This document shows positions 1 through 12,475 of a stretch of 64,000 nucleotides of DNA, piece by piece. The position numbers and the translations under genes are program-made. Within the stretch, counting starts at the first letter, position 1. Each line of letters starts with the position of its first letter. Origin of the DNA: Euprymna scolopes. Lineage: Eukaryota. Location of the stretch: the NCBI GenBank assembly GCA_053919585.1, contig CM132793.1. One strand, written 5' to 3'. Under the pieces are notes generated by a model. That model was not told where the DNA came from, searched no databases, and saw only the letters and a program-made list of their open reading frames with translations.

Positions 1-2962
1 TTTTTACGTATAGAAAGTTGCCTCGTGCATCAACAATAATTTGATTTTTCCACCGGGAGACAAGATCCTTTGAGGTACACTTATTATACAGATATTTTGC
101 CATACTCTATTCAGTAAGCACTGCTATTTTCTGCTTACGGCTGTTCGGTTTTGTAAAAGAATCCCTTGCCAATCCTTTCGCTGCGGAATTTATATGGTGC
201 TCATACTTCAGGCAATTGTTCTCTCTATCCTGTGCTTCTAATGTCTCTAAATGAAATAATCCAGCGATTTTGTTTCCTGTCAAAACTGCTTTTTTTTCGA
301 CGTACAAATTTATCTTCGAAAATGTAATGCCTAAAGAAAAATATGATAGAGGATTTAATATGCAAAATCACTTGTGTTATAACCGCGGGACGATTTTGTA
401 AATCCACTTCTACTACTACTATTCTGTCCTTTTCTCCATCTTTTAGTTGTGATACGGAATGATATATGATCACCATTGAAATAAATATTATGCTGTTTAT
501 TAAATGTAAACAAAACATTAATAATAAGCTGGTGTTTATAAATTCGTATAATATTGCTAACACACGATTATTTATTATGCATTACTGGGAAGAAACAAAA
601 AACACAACAAAGTGAAAACTTAGACTCGTAAAAGATTCATGCATGTGTCTCAGAAGAAACCCTAATTTATTAGCGTTTCCCGTTGAACCAGTTGACTAAT
701 CAACTATGCATCCAGAGAAAGCACACATTGCATTAACCTTCCAAACTTTATCCTAATTTTTATGTCTTATTGACAAAAAAATCACGATACATGATACAGC
801 AAAATATGAAACACGCTTCTTTATTCATATAACCTAGATTTTAAACCGCGTCCATCTAAATATTCTTTGCACGTCTACATTTACTTCTCCTTCCATTCTA
901 TCTGTTAGACTATCTTACGAATAGTTGAGTTTCTAATCTAAATTACTATAAATCAATTCGTTTTCATCATCGCAAAACAGACTTTACAGAAGTAACATAG
1001 CGTGAACAATTAATTTATTGGGCGTAAAAATAAATGAGTGTTTTCCGTTTCAGAAACATGAAAAATGTTCTCATACTTCTATGAGTCCATACAATCAGCT
1101 TCATATTAAAAACAAATTGCCATCAAGTAAGCTTAATCGATTGACTGTTTTGTTCATTAGATTAATGGCGTCTATTACAATTCCAAGTCAACGTTACCGG
1201 AAAACATAATATTCCACATCGTAAACTGAAAAAAGCATATCCGAGGGTCATCGTATCCCGGGGTCTACTTTAATTTGTTTGATATATTGATTATTCAGGC
1301 TTATTGAAATGTTCGAGATTCTATTTACAATGTTCCAGCCGATATAAATGATTTGAGTTCAACATGAAAAAATTAATTTGTTTTTTTTTTTATAAAGAAA
1401 GTGTAGTATTTGTTATAATGCGGCACTTCATATTGTAAGGTCATCTGTAAGTGAAAGGGGATTTCTTTTCGATTGATATTATTTAAAATTCATCCATTTT
1501 AGGAAACTAAATTTTTCTTACATTAAAAGCTGTTTGTGTTTAAGTCTTTCCTTGTAGGCATCAACGTAAATAAAGACGTAAAGATTTCCAAATTCAGATG
1601 GAATATCCATAAAAAGCTAAACTAAAATAAGAATAGTAATCCTAATGATCTCCAAAAGATACAAATTGATCCAGTAAATAGAATAGTTATTGCAATGCGT
1701 CTAAAGAAAAAAAATAACAACCACCGTCCCTCTTTTGGTTTGTCCTTACGTTTATCCTATATCAATTTGAAATAACAAATGCGTAGATTGATGGAGGAAT
1801 CTTCCCTTAGACGCGTCGAATCATATCCAAAAGGAGTTCCGTCTCTCTGTCGATTAGTCAAATTGATATAGCCCTCTTATCGTGTTTTTCCTTTTTTAGG
1901 TTAAAGTATTATTTTTAGGTTCATTCGATCAATAGGAAAATCACTGAGTACCAGATCCGTCATTCTGAAACACTTATGAAAATTATTTTTCTATCATTAC
2001 TCTTTTATGAACTGGTGGAACTAATTCGTTCAGTCGTACATGAATAAATATAGCGACACAAATAAAGTTAAAATTGATTCAAACACGCCTTTTAAGTATT
2101 AGTGCAGTATCTTGGAAGATGCCCGATACCTCAAGATTGCAACTGATGTTTTACATTCAGTATGCCGCTATGTGTCTCAGAGAGTAGCGGGTTTCGTTTG
2201 TGTCATAAATACATTTTTTCAATCGCTATGGATAAGTTTATAAAATGTAAAAAGTCTGAGTGATGGTTTAACTATTGAACTTCATAATTTTTCCAGTTTA
2301 AAGACAATGATAGTATCATTGCCCTTTAAACAACCTAAAACTAACTATAAATATTTGTTAATTATCTACACCATAAAGGGGTAAGGGCGCACATAGAATG
2401 GTCACATATTAAAAACATTCGTTACGTTATTATTTCTGGATGGTGTTCGAAAACATCTATTGATAATCTATAAAAGATATTATATAATTATATTAAAAAG
2501 TTGTGTTGTTGTCGGATCATGCGTCATTCTTTTACTGGTCCCAAAAGCAAAAAATGTAGAATCTGATCTGTAAAGGGTTTTATTGTGTACAGTTTTGTAG
2601 TAGAATGCCGACATTATCATGATTCACTCAGTTTTATATAAACGATCAGCACTCCAGCCCCCGCTAGAGGCAGCAAACGGAAAATATCTACCCATTTCCA
2701 TCTCCACCCTAGCTCTTTTTAACACTGATTCCATCGGAATCGACAGTTGTCATGCTAAAAATTGTTCCTTTATAGAAGCGACATAGAAAATGCATACTTC
2801 CAGCTAATTGCTTCATATAGATATTTTTTCTAAACTTGTCCTTGCGTTCACTACAAAGGTTATGCACGTCCATGTAATAAAAGGAAAATCCTTTTAAACA
2901 ACATCAGAATGTAAGTTTAAAACAAGTAATGCTGTTTTATATTTGAACGTTTTAAACGACCA

Positions 2963-3221
2963 TTGTTATTTTATGGCAAGTGGTCTTCTAGCTTCCGGTT
3001 TAAGGTCCCTCCCTTTGCAAAACTTTCACAAAAAACACTCATCTACCTAATACCACAGTCAATAATTCCCCCCCCACGTTCTAGTTGTGCCGAAACCTAG
3101 ACATGGATTCCATAAACAAATCTTATTTCCTAGAACTGCTTGCCTGTGGAACTCTGTTCCGATGGCCTGCTTATATTTGACTACAATCTGGTCGTCTTCA
3201 AGTCCAACGTAAACAAGTTCA
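2963..3221 (+). mobile_element. Decayed 3' fragment of CR1/L2-group LINE (family A)
   Basis: Aligns by eye to the RT C-terminal region of the copies at 25564-25850 and 41073-41350 (ggattccataaacaaa...gcctgtggaactctgttcc...gtcttcaagtccaacgtaaacaagttc). Confidence 0.8.
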
Positions 3222-3381
3222 CGTTGAACTTTTTAAATACGGCGCAATTAATTTCCAAGAGGAGAAATCAAATTTTAGATGTCCAAACCTCAAGTGATCT
3301 ATCACGTCACAAGCCGGTAAGTTGCATGCGTTATCAAATATGCATGGTTATTTATCTTTATCTAGTGTTGTTAGAGGATGT

Positions 3382-3384
<3 letters not shown>

Positions 3385-3427
<43 letters not shown>
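3385..3427. repeat. (GA)n microsatellite
   Basis: Directly visible. Confidence 0.98.
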
Positions 3428-3429
<2 letters not shown>

Positions 3430-3440
3430 GTAAGTTATAT

Positions 3441-3662
3441 TGTAGACACGCTGACCGGAAGTCCGGGTCAGCTGATCGGATTGCGTGTTAGTCACGTGAT
3501 CAGGTTAGCTAAATCGAAGAGATTGCGTTTGGACTTAGAAGGCGACGTACGGCTTAGCAGTCATCTTCTCCCCTTCACTGATGGGACGGTGACGTGTATA
3601 GAAATGAGACGAAGAGTAAACCACGCAAGCGAAAGAGTCACTTTCCATCCCTCTGCGAGACA
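3441..3662 (+). mobile_element. Possible solo LTR
   Basis: GC-richer island bounded by TGT...ACA with an AGTAAA signal near the 3' end; no TSD seen. Confidence 0.25.
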
Positions 3663-3784
3663 TCTGGAAAAGTGAAATGAATCTTCGTTCAAAACAGGTA
3701 CCCGTCTCCCCTTCAAGACACGAGATGATTCCAAATAGACCAACATCCAGAACGCAGAAGGTATGTCCAAAAATACATGTACCA

Positions 3785-3787
<3 letters not shown>

Positions 3788-3839
<52 letters not shown>

Positions 3840-3857
3840 ACACACACACACACACAC
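3788..3857. repeat. (CA)n microsatellite
   Basis: Directly visible. Confidence 0.98.
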
Positions 3858-4108
3858 AACGGCATATGGACAAATAGACTGGAACAACTAGACGATTACA
3901 CAACGTTAACTCTAATTAGATATAACACACAAAAGCATATGAACAATTAAATAGGAATATACAACGAATAGACTGAACAACTAGACGATCACACGTCGGT
4001 CCCCCTTGTTAGATATGACACCGCAACAGTGTTAATATATCTATAAATATTACCTGTAGTGCCCTGAACATATTTAATTTATAAGAGGAAAACGTTAATA
4101 TTATTTCA

Positions 4109-4150
4109 CTAGGAGGTGTTACCCGGCGTTGTCCGGCGTTGCCCGGAATT
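4109..4150 (-). mobile_element. Helitron-type 3' terminus
   Basis: Minus strand reads CCGGGCAACGCCGG-type hairpin (duplicated) followed by CTAG then T. Confidence 0.65.
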
Positions 4151-5281
4151 GTCCTGGTTTTTAGAGGCGTGTGTGGTTGGGGGTGGTAAAATGAAAACAA
4201 AGCGAAGTCATAACCCTGTTTAAATATTATGAAAATAAACAATGTTAAAACTATTTAAAAACATCGTGTAAAAAATCAATTAAAAAAATGAACGTGATGC
4301 AATACGAACAGTTCGGCGATGCCTGTCTGTTTGAAAAATCCCACACGTTTGAAGGGAATGAGGTGGGGGGTTCGAACTCGAATCATTGAGGCGAAAGCGC
4401 ACCCCCCAAAAAAACGTGATGAATTAACTAAAAAGTGAATTAGGTCAAATATAAATTCCGCGGTTAATTTTTTTTTTTGGTTTAGTTTCAGTAGTCACAT
4501 CACACTTGAGTTCTAAATGAAAGTTTTTGTTTTATCGAATTGTAACTGAATTTATTTTTTTAAATTTTAATTTAAGTGTAATGCAAGTTAATTCACGATA
4601 TCTTTAAGTAAAAATAAATGAAAGTACTAATAAATAACGGTCATAGTTAGATTTCATGGTTAGAGTCGTTAAAACTGGAAGTAAAATCCGGTTAGTCTCG
4701 GAGATTGTGTCTTACACTAATGAAAAAAAGCAAAAAGAAAACAATAATAGTAATCGCGTTTTCGCGTATTTTTAAAATATCCTTTTTATTTCTATTTTAT
4801 TATGGATAAACAGAAAGTATAATTCAGGAGAAAAAGATAAAAAACAAGAAACGGCATAAGTAACCTTGTACGATTCCAAACTGGTGTGTTTCCTTGTAGT
4901 GCTCCTTGTGAACGCATCCGCTGCGGTGTAAATGGGGAGAGGGGAAAAGAGAAATCAAATAGAGAGAAAAGATGTTGCAACTTCCATTGAATCTAAGCGA
5001 TTTTGGCAGTGAACTCTCACCGGAAAAATATATAGGAATGTGCCATTGTCGAGGAACTGTAGAGGTAATAGGCCTATAGCAAACCTCAGATAATGTGATA
5101 CAGTCTGTACGCATTACATTTACATGTAATGTCATGATTTGTAATCCTATTAAGGTCAAAGTTGGAGGGGAAAATGAGTGCATTTTATATATATATATAT
5201 ATTCAGTAATGTGATTGATAATTTAAAATTCAAATTAGAATTAAATTAAAAATCCGTTTCACAAGAAGGAAAACAACAAAA

Positions 5282-5397
5282 TCAATAATTTGTACGATCG
5301 TTTCGGAAAACAATGTTTTTATTGTGGTATATATTAAGCCACGTTTTTACATATAGTATTTTTAACAAACAAAGTTTCCTCATCAGCAAAGTATTGA
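5282..5397 (-). ncRNA. Type I hammerhead ribozyme, canonical core, long loop II
   Basis: Minus strand: TCAATAcTTTG CTGATGA GGAAA...TTTCC GAAA CGATCG TA CAAAtTATTGA; stems I and II pair, palindromic stem III, GUA cleavage triplet. Confidence 0.85.
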
Positions 5398-5583
5398 GAA
5401 GGGTTTTTAATATATGTAAAATACACCATAAATAAAGCTAGCATTAAAAATATAGGCAGATGTATCTGGAAAAAATTAAAATAAATGTATGCATTTACTT
5501 GATAAGAAAATTGATATGGGTTAAAGATAGAAATATAATAACATTATAAATCTGAATTTGGTTTAAATATAATATTATAATAT

Positions 5584-5750
5584 NNNNNNNNNNNNNNNNN
5601 NNNNNNNNNNNNNNNNNNNNNNNNNNNNNNNNNNNNNNNNNNNNNNNNNNNNNNNNNNNNNNNNNNNNNNNNNNNNNNNNNNNNNNNNNNNNNNNNNNNN
5701 NNNNNNNNNNNNNNNNNNNNNNNNNNNNNNNNNNNNNNNNNNNNNNNNNN
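5584..5750. other. Assembly gap
   Basis: Run of N. Confidence 1.
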
Positions 5751-7559
5751 GCCTTTTGAAATCAGCAACTAAGGTCAAAGTATTGATATGGATGTTTATT
5801 GTAGCTTTCCAACTTATGAAATGATAAATTTTCAAAAAGAACGCTAATGGAATATTTTATATCGGTTAGCATACGTTTCATTAAAACGCTAAATTTAAAA
5901 CTGGAGAAAGAAAAGGGAAGATAATCTTATTTCTTTAATTAAACAATGCAAGGGAGATAATTAGTGTTTAACTTAATCTATTAAGGATTAATAAATCAGG
6001 CAAACAATATATTATAATCCATTTTGACATTATTGAATTTAATATTTGATAATTTATTTATTTATTGAAATTAAAAATATATCATAGGTTAAGGTTAAGA
6101 ATATATTTTAATAATATATAATAATGGTCGATATATCAGATTAATTAATAATAACAATAATATTGATGATCCAAAAAATTTTATTAATAAGTATGTCAAG
6201 TTATAGTTTAATTTTAATATTGAATATTAATAAGTAACATTTTTAATGATTTAAGGTGGTTTATATTTATTAAATTTAAACCAGCGTTTATGACTGCATG
6301 CGAAAATAAGTTCTTTTCTTGCATTTAATAGGGTGGTTCTATTTTTTATATCTTCATATTTTAAAATTTTTAGGGTCTCTTTTTACACAGTGCACAGAAT
6401 GTATCTCCTGGTTTGTATGCTTTATAAGACCCTATTATTTGCAATTTAAAATTTAATGAAATATTGTTATCCTTAAGTCGCCAAATATGCTTGGATAGGG
6501 TAGTTTGGTTTAACAGGGAGTGATTTTTAAATTAATATTTGTGCGTTGAAATTCTATGTTTTATTAAGCCAGATGTGGAACCAAAATATATTGCCTCTTG
6601 TTTAGTGTAATTATTTTCCGGTAGATTAGGTGTTGGATTATTATATGGTGGGTTGGTTTGTATTTGATTAGTAGATTGGTTAAAGTTGGTGTCATTATTT
6701 AATCGGGTGGTTGAGTTATGGTTGCTATTAAATTCATTTAGATTTGGGGGTTTTGATACTGTGCAGCTATAGACTACATTTTTTATTTTACATGAGCCTT
6801 GTAGGGGGCATTTATTTTTTCTTCCCCATTTACAGCCTGCTATATTTTGTATAATTGTATTTTGTAGTTTATTATTTTTTATTGTTAAAGTAATTATTTT
6901 TTTATGAAGGTTTGGCATAGTAGAGTAAGACATTTTGATTGCATTTTATTGAATATTTTATTATATCTATGGGGGCTTTAAAGTTTCTATCCAATATTTA
7001 AAAAAAATTCTCCGGCTAAGTTTGTCTCAAGATTTTTGGAATATGGAGCGTTGTACCATAGGGTCTCCTTATGTCTGTTTTTACGTTTACCTGTTTTGGT
7101 TTGCTGTTTATTTGTATTAGTATCTAATACTTGTGGTTTGGTTTTATCTTTTCTTGCCTTTCGTTCATTTTTTAACTCGTATACGGGAAGACATTGCCAT
7201 ATTGTAGGTTATTACGCTCTTAGTAGGTTTATTTTCAATGCAGTTTATGTTTCTATCATTTTTATTTCTGAATTTAATTTGTGAATTGTATCCTGAGTTT
7301 TTAAGGGCTTCATTGTAATATTTTTCATTTTTACTAAATATAGATTTGCTTGAAGACAGCCTAGAAAAAATTGAATAGACATTGGGAACTATTGCTCTCA
7401 ATATTGATTTAGGGTGGTTTGATTCATTATGGACATATAGTACAGATTGGTTAGGTTTATGATAGGGTTTAAAGGTAGAGTTCTCAAGATTTAAGGTTAT
7501 GTCTAAGAAATATATATATATATATATATGCCTAAGAAGTATATATATATATATATACA

Positions 7560-8088
7560 TACATATATAAGGAGAGAAAAGATAGCTGTACAAATGCATA
7601 AACATACTCCTGTATGCTTAATTTTGTGTTTAGGTGTGTGTGTGGAAATATGTAGTTTAATCAATACTCAAACAATAGATGTCAATGATATTGGATATGA
7701 GAAAAGCGTATGTCCTTCAGTAACTTCTTATAAACTTTAAATCTGAGATGATGTTTTAAAATCAAAACAATGCAGAAAGGTGGACGTGAAGTTGTCCTAA
7801 AGATATCCATAAAAAGTCAATTTATAAACTAAAAGATCGGTATGCGTCTATCCACACTTAAGCTATTCGTAACCGTCTCTAAGACATGCGATAATGATAA
7901 ACCCATATACTCTTTACTCAAAAATTCTTCATAAGTTTGGAGTTTCGGTTTCGATTATAGCTGATGGCTCATAAGTCATCAATTTCTTTGTAGATAATAT
8001 TATCAAGAATTGTTCATACGAAATCTTCAATAATTTAAATATCATATTTAAGCGTAATTTACGACCGGGATACGGCAGGCGTCCCTAG
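7560..8088 (+). mobile_element. Possible non-autonomous Helitron
   Basis: Degenerate hairpin ACCGGGATACGGCAGG followed by CTAG then T at 8085-8089; 5' boundary uncertain. Confidence 0.4.
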
Positions 8089-10163
8089 TAGCTTAGATAA
8101 ATACTTCTGCAGTTTTAAAAAAGAGCTACAATAATATCAGTGCGTCTTCATTTATACTGAATATCTGCAGATTGCCGACATCAATATATTACGTATGAAT
8201 GAGTCCCCTTCGGAATTTCCACACGTTTCGCTAATTTAATCTGCTAATGATAGAATGAAATAAATATATCAGTTCCTTTCAAAACATGTATGATATGGTT
8301 GTAACTATAAATAGCATTAAGATTTTATCAGTGTTGTCCTCGAAACAGAAATGTATTATCATTCGAAGAAAATAATAGCAAATACAAAAAAAGGATAAAA
8401 TAACGGAAATAGGCTTGTAAAAATAATTGGATCTATTTTGTTCATGACGTTTAAGCATTTTTTATGTTCGAAAATTTTAATTTAGCTATTCAACAGGTTT
8501 ATTGATTTTAATTATCTAAACTTCTATGTGACTCTGAGATACTAATTAAAAGCAGGAGAAACAAAATATCGAAGAGGAAAAAGTAGCATTTTAATGAGAA
8601 ATATTCTGTACCCGAACTTATTCGAGATAAATATTTTTTATAAATCATATGCCCTTAAAAATAAATTAAAATATTAATAAAAATAAATAAGGAAAGAACA
8701 GATGATGTAAGAGACTTAAAACAAATGTTCTTTGTGTGTTCTGTTAATGCCATTATTCTAATCAATCATTTTGTTATAATGGAATTTAAAAGACTTATTA
8801 AGAATGTCCAAATAAAATCGGCCCTAATAAGGGAAAGTATAATTAACGGAAATACTTTGTATTCAGGTAGAATATGTAAAGTATATAACATCAAATAACA
8901 AGTGTAAATATCATGAAAAATATGGCTTCGACGAAATATTTACCTCGCCTAAATAACTGGTGTAAATAAATCGTAATGAAAATAGAATTTAAAATCCCTA
9001 CTTCATTCTTCACTCTTGATAGAGAAGCTGGCGAATCAGAAAAACACTTAAAAACTATAACAGCGAGACAAATTAAGTTATATTTTATACAGAAACATAT
9101 CACGAATTTACCTTTGACTTCATTAAAAATATACGCAAAACACACACAAAAAGACATTCATTTGCATTTAATTGATCCACATTGCCACTACGGTGCGAAT
9201 AAATGAAAATCTATTATCAGTTTAGCATTTCTTACGGCATACTATACAACTTCAATATGATACCAAGTAAATATATACGATATCTTACATTTTACAAATC
9301 GTTTGATTCGGATTTGATTAGTTAGTATCTCAACAACAACATGGCCTCATCTTTCTCGTTAATAACTCTTTTACTAACGCGATGGACATAATAAAGTAAA
9401 CCCCTGAATTAAACATGATGTTCAATATCTACTCGTAAAAATCAAAACAAAAAACAAGTTCAAACATAGCATACTGTTTAATTTTCGATTTTGTTGTGTA
9501 TTAATCAAATCAAGTCATTTATGTTATTTTAACGATCTAGCAGAAACTGACAATATAAGCCCGGACCTTTTGATTGAACCACGACTATAGTTTACCTAAA
9601 ATTTAATCTGGATTTTAGTATTCATAACGTGGTATCAATCAATGCTTAATAAAAATATAAGCAAATTATTACTATTGTCTTGCACAGTATGCAACTATTA
9701 AAATATAACTGCACTATCGATTGATTTCTTTTGCCAGCAAAGCAAATATGCTGATCTTTTACCATGTCGTGTTGGTTGAGTGTTTTCTGCGAACATGCCA
9801 TTCAAAACTGTCTAGAAAAATTTAATAGATATTCTGCTGTTGCGTATTTACACCTTTTATTTGTTAGATTACTGATTAAGTCCAATTTATTTATCAATCT
9901 AGAGTACGTGTTTTTTGTTGAATTGACATTTCCGACATTAGCTAAGTTTGTGTTCTAATTCTTATAATAAAGACTTTCGAACACGAAAGCACCTCCATTC
10001 TTGCGTCGTTTTTCTGTTTGGATTCATATATATGCTAGCAGTCCGCCTAACGCATAAATATTATATCTTAACTGATGGAGAGCTTTTATAACTGTTATTT
10101 CGTCAAAAAATTAAGTAAGAAATAACGGAAAGAAATTGAGACATGTACATGCGAGTATTATAC

Positions 10164-10166
<3 letters not shown>

Positions 10167-10218
<52 letters not shown>
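10167..10218. repeat. (TA)n microsatellite
   Basis: Directly visible. Confidence 0.98.
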
Positions 10219-10220
<2 letters not shown>

Positions 10221-10410
10221 CCAGTTCATTTCTGGTAAGTAAAAATACTTTAGCTGAGAACGAAACCAAAACCTAAAGACAGTAAATCAAGTACGATAAC
10301 AATTAGGCCAGCTGAACGCAATCTTTAAAAAGAGTTTTGAACATACTTATTATTAAAATAGGTATGTATTATTATTCATAGGACTACTGTTCTCATATTC
10401 AGTGTGATTT

Positions 10411-10455
10411 TCACAATGTTTCGGTCGATATAACCTCCGACCTTCTTCAGGTATA
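10411..10455 (-). ncRNA. Minimal PLE-type hammerhead motif
   Basis: CTGAAGA A GGTCGG..TCGACC GAAA CATT GTG on the minus strand. Confidence 0.6.
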
Positions 10456-10791
10456 TATTTTCGAACTCGGGAATGTTTCTGTCGAACTCGGGAATTTAGA
10501 CGGAATTTCCAGCGGAACCCTTTATTTACTTCACACGGGTAACGTGTTTTTGTTCTGTCAGCCGTGACTAGATAGAGGTCCTAAGTAATTCGTGCATCAG
10601 TGCATATCAAGAGGAGATGGACAGTTTCAGAGAAAACTTCCACCGCACCAACTCTCCAGAGAGCATGACATCAGCTCCAAGAAATCTGGACCAAAAGGGC
10701 TTGTCTGAAAAACTTCAACGAATATGTAATCCATATGACATAAGGACAGTATTTAGGAGTGATTGAACCCTCCAAAAACAGCTTGTGAGAG

Positions 10792-11021
10792 CGTTACTGC
10801 TCCCAAATAGCAACAAAAGACCAAAACAACAGAGAACAGTTTAAACATGTATTACATGAAAAACGGAAAGGTTACAAAGGAAAGGTTACAAACGAACGGT
10901 GTAGGTACTTCACCGAGCATGCGAGAGTCGCTCTGGAACTAGACCCCACCCCTGGGACCGTCATATGTAAACCTTATATGGACGATGGATTAGTCGATTT
11001 GGAGGGTGGTTCCCCACAACA
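10792..11021 (-). repeat. 3' LTR of decayed Gypsy
   Basis: Direct repeat of 14528-14743; ends in CAACA on the plus strand. Confidence 0.9.
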
Positions 11022-11741
11022 CCTCCCTCCCAAAATGATTTCTCCGGGTGTGAAATCAGTATATTGTCCTTTTGAGCAGCAGTTTTTTCAATTCAAACTA
11101 AATAGATTTGAAGATTTTTATAACATACGGCCTTAACTTTTTAATAATCCCGTTTTAATCTTACTGATAAAAATATTTCCACAATAAAATCAATTTCATT
11201 TCCAGTCACTGGACGTGCTCACTTTAATGGGGGGGGGGTTCAATTACCTTTGCATAAATTCTCGTCATTCTTTTCGGTAAATATTGTATACATGACTATT
11301 TATTTCCCTGGCGAAGTCTGGAACAGTTCTGACATTAGTTTGCCATTTTCATTTTTCTTGTCATAGAAATAACCCTTTGTTTTATACTGAGATTGGACAT
11401 ATTTTTTTCTCTTTTCCGGAGCCGGCATTTCTCTAATGGCGGTCGCCATGTCCGGATCTCAATGATATGTCCTAGGTACTTGATTTTTTGTAAAAAGAAT
11501 TCACACTTGTCTTATTTAATCTTAAACCCATAATTTTGTATTTGACTGAATATTTGTCTGATATGGTTTGCGTGTTCCTCCCTACTTTTGCTCGCTATAA
11601 GGATGTCGTTTAGATATGCGATGGCATTGTCAAGCTCGCTCAGCATAGTATCCACGACTTGCTGGAATATCGCGGGTGCTACCTTGACTCCAACAGCGAG
11701 CCCTTCGTATCTGTACAAACCCCGATGAGTATTAATACAGA

Positions 11742-12475
11742 TGTAGCAGTATCGTCTCCCCTGGAGGGTTACTTGGTTGAGGAAGGTCTTGGGAACGCAA
11801 CCAGCTGCCCGGGGAATAAACGATATCCAACGATATCTAAAAATAGACACATGCTATAAACATCAACGAAAACGGGTCGATTCGGCGTCGGCTATAACTG
11901 TCTAGCATCGGTCGCATCTTGTGTGGTCATTACAGGCATGTTCCCATCGTCGCCATTAATGGTATGCTGAAATCGAACACTTGTATAAAAATAGCGACAA
12001 ATGCATTTTTATAAAAATATATATAATTTATTTAACAGTTCACAAGTATGAAGCATATCTTGTCGACCCATCGCGTATAGCGAGCAAATCTCAACTGTTT
12101 AAAACAATGAAATTATATTTAATTCTCTCTATCTTCATTGAAAGAGAGAGAAGGGGAGTGAAAGAGAAAATAGAGAAAGAAAGAGAGAGAGCGAGAGCGA
12201 GAGAGAACGAGATAGGGACATAAAAAGAGAGTTTTTGTTTTCAAATGCCTCTTGACGAGTTCCCCTAGTTTGACCTTTCAATCTCTAAGCTTTTATATCG
12301 TTTTGCCTTGATTCAATATTATAAACAAGCTGCCATTCTTAGCTTAAGTCATCACAGAACATTTTCAGAATCACAAACACCTGCTTTACACAGTTGCACC
12401 GCACTAGTAGGCACGAGGTTCATTAATGTAGAACCTCTTAGCCCCCTTAAAAAGGGACTACGTCATTGTGCCACA
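11742..12475. mobile_element. About 735-bp TG...CA-bounded insertion (probable solo LTR) interrupting the Gypsy RT
   Basis: RT peptide PVNDKSANLL..CINTHRGLY is split exactly here; termini TGTAGCA and TGCCACA. Confidence 0.6.

Larger units (their letters stand above)
5202..7510 (-). mobile_element. 5'-truncated Penelope-like element (Neptune-like): RT C-terminus, GIY-YIG endonuclease and 3' non-coding tail
   Basis: Peptides FLDITLNL..FKPYHKPN..YVHNESNHP, WYNAPYS, SYSTMPN, C..CPLQGSC..NVVY, YFGSTSG..KHRISTH broken by stops and frameshifts; hammerhead in tail; (TA)n at both ends. Confidence 0.9.

Noticed and set aside
2661-2677. CTCF-like motif CCGCTAGAGGCAGCA
   Set aside because: One base short of consensus; a single short match is not evidence
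3322-3903. ORFs with ER, VC and HT repeats
   Set aside because: Translations of (GA)n and (CA)n microsatellites
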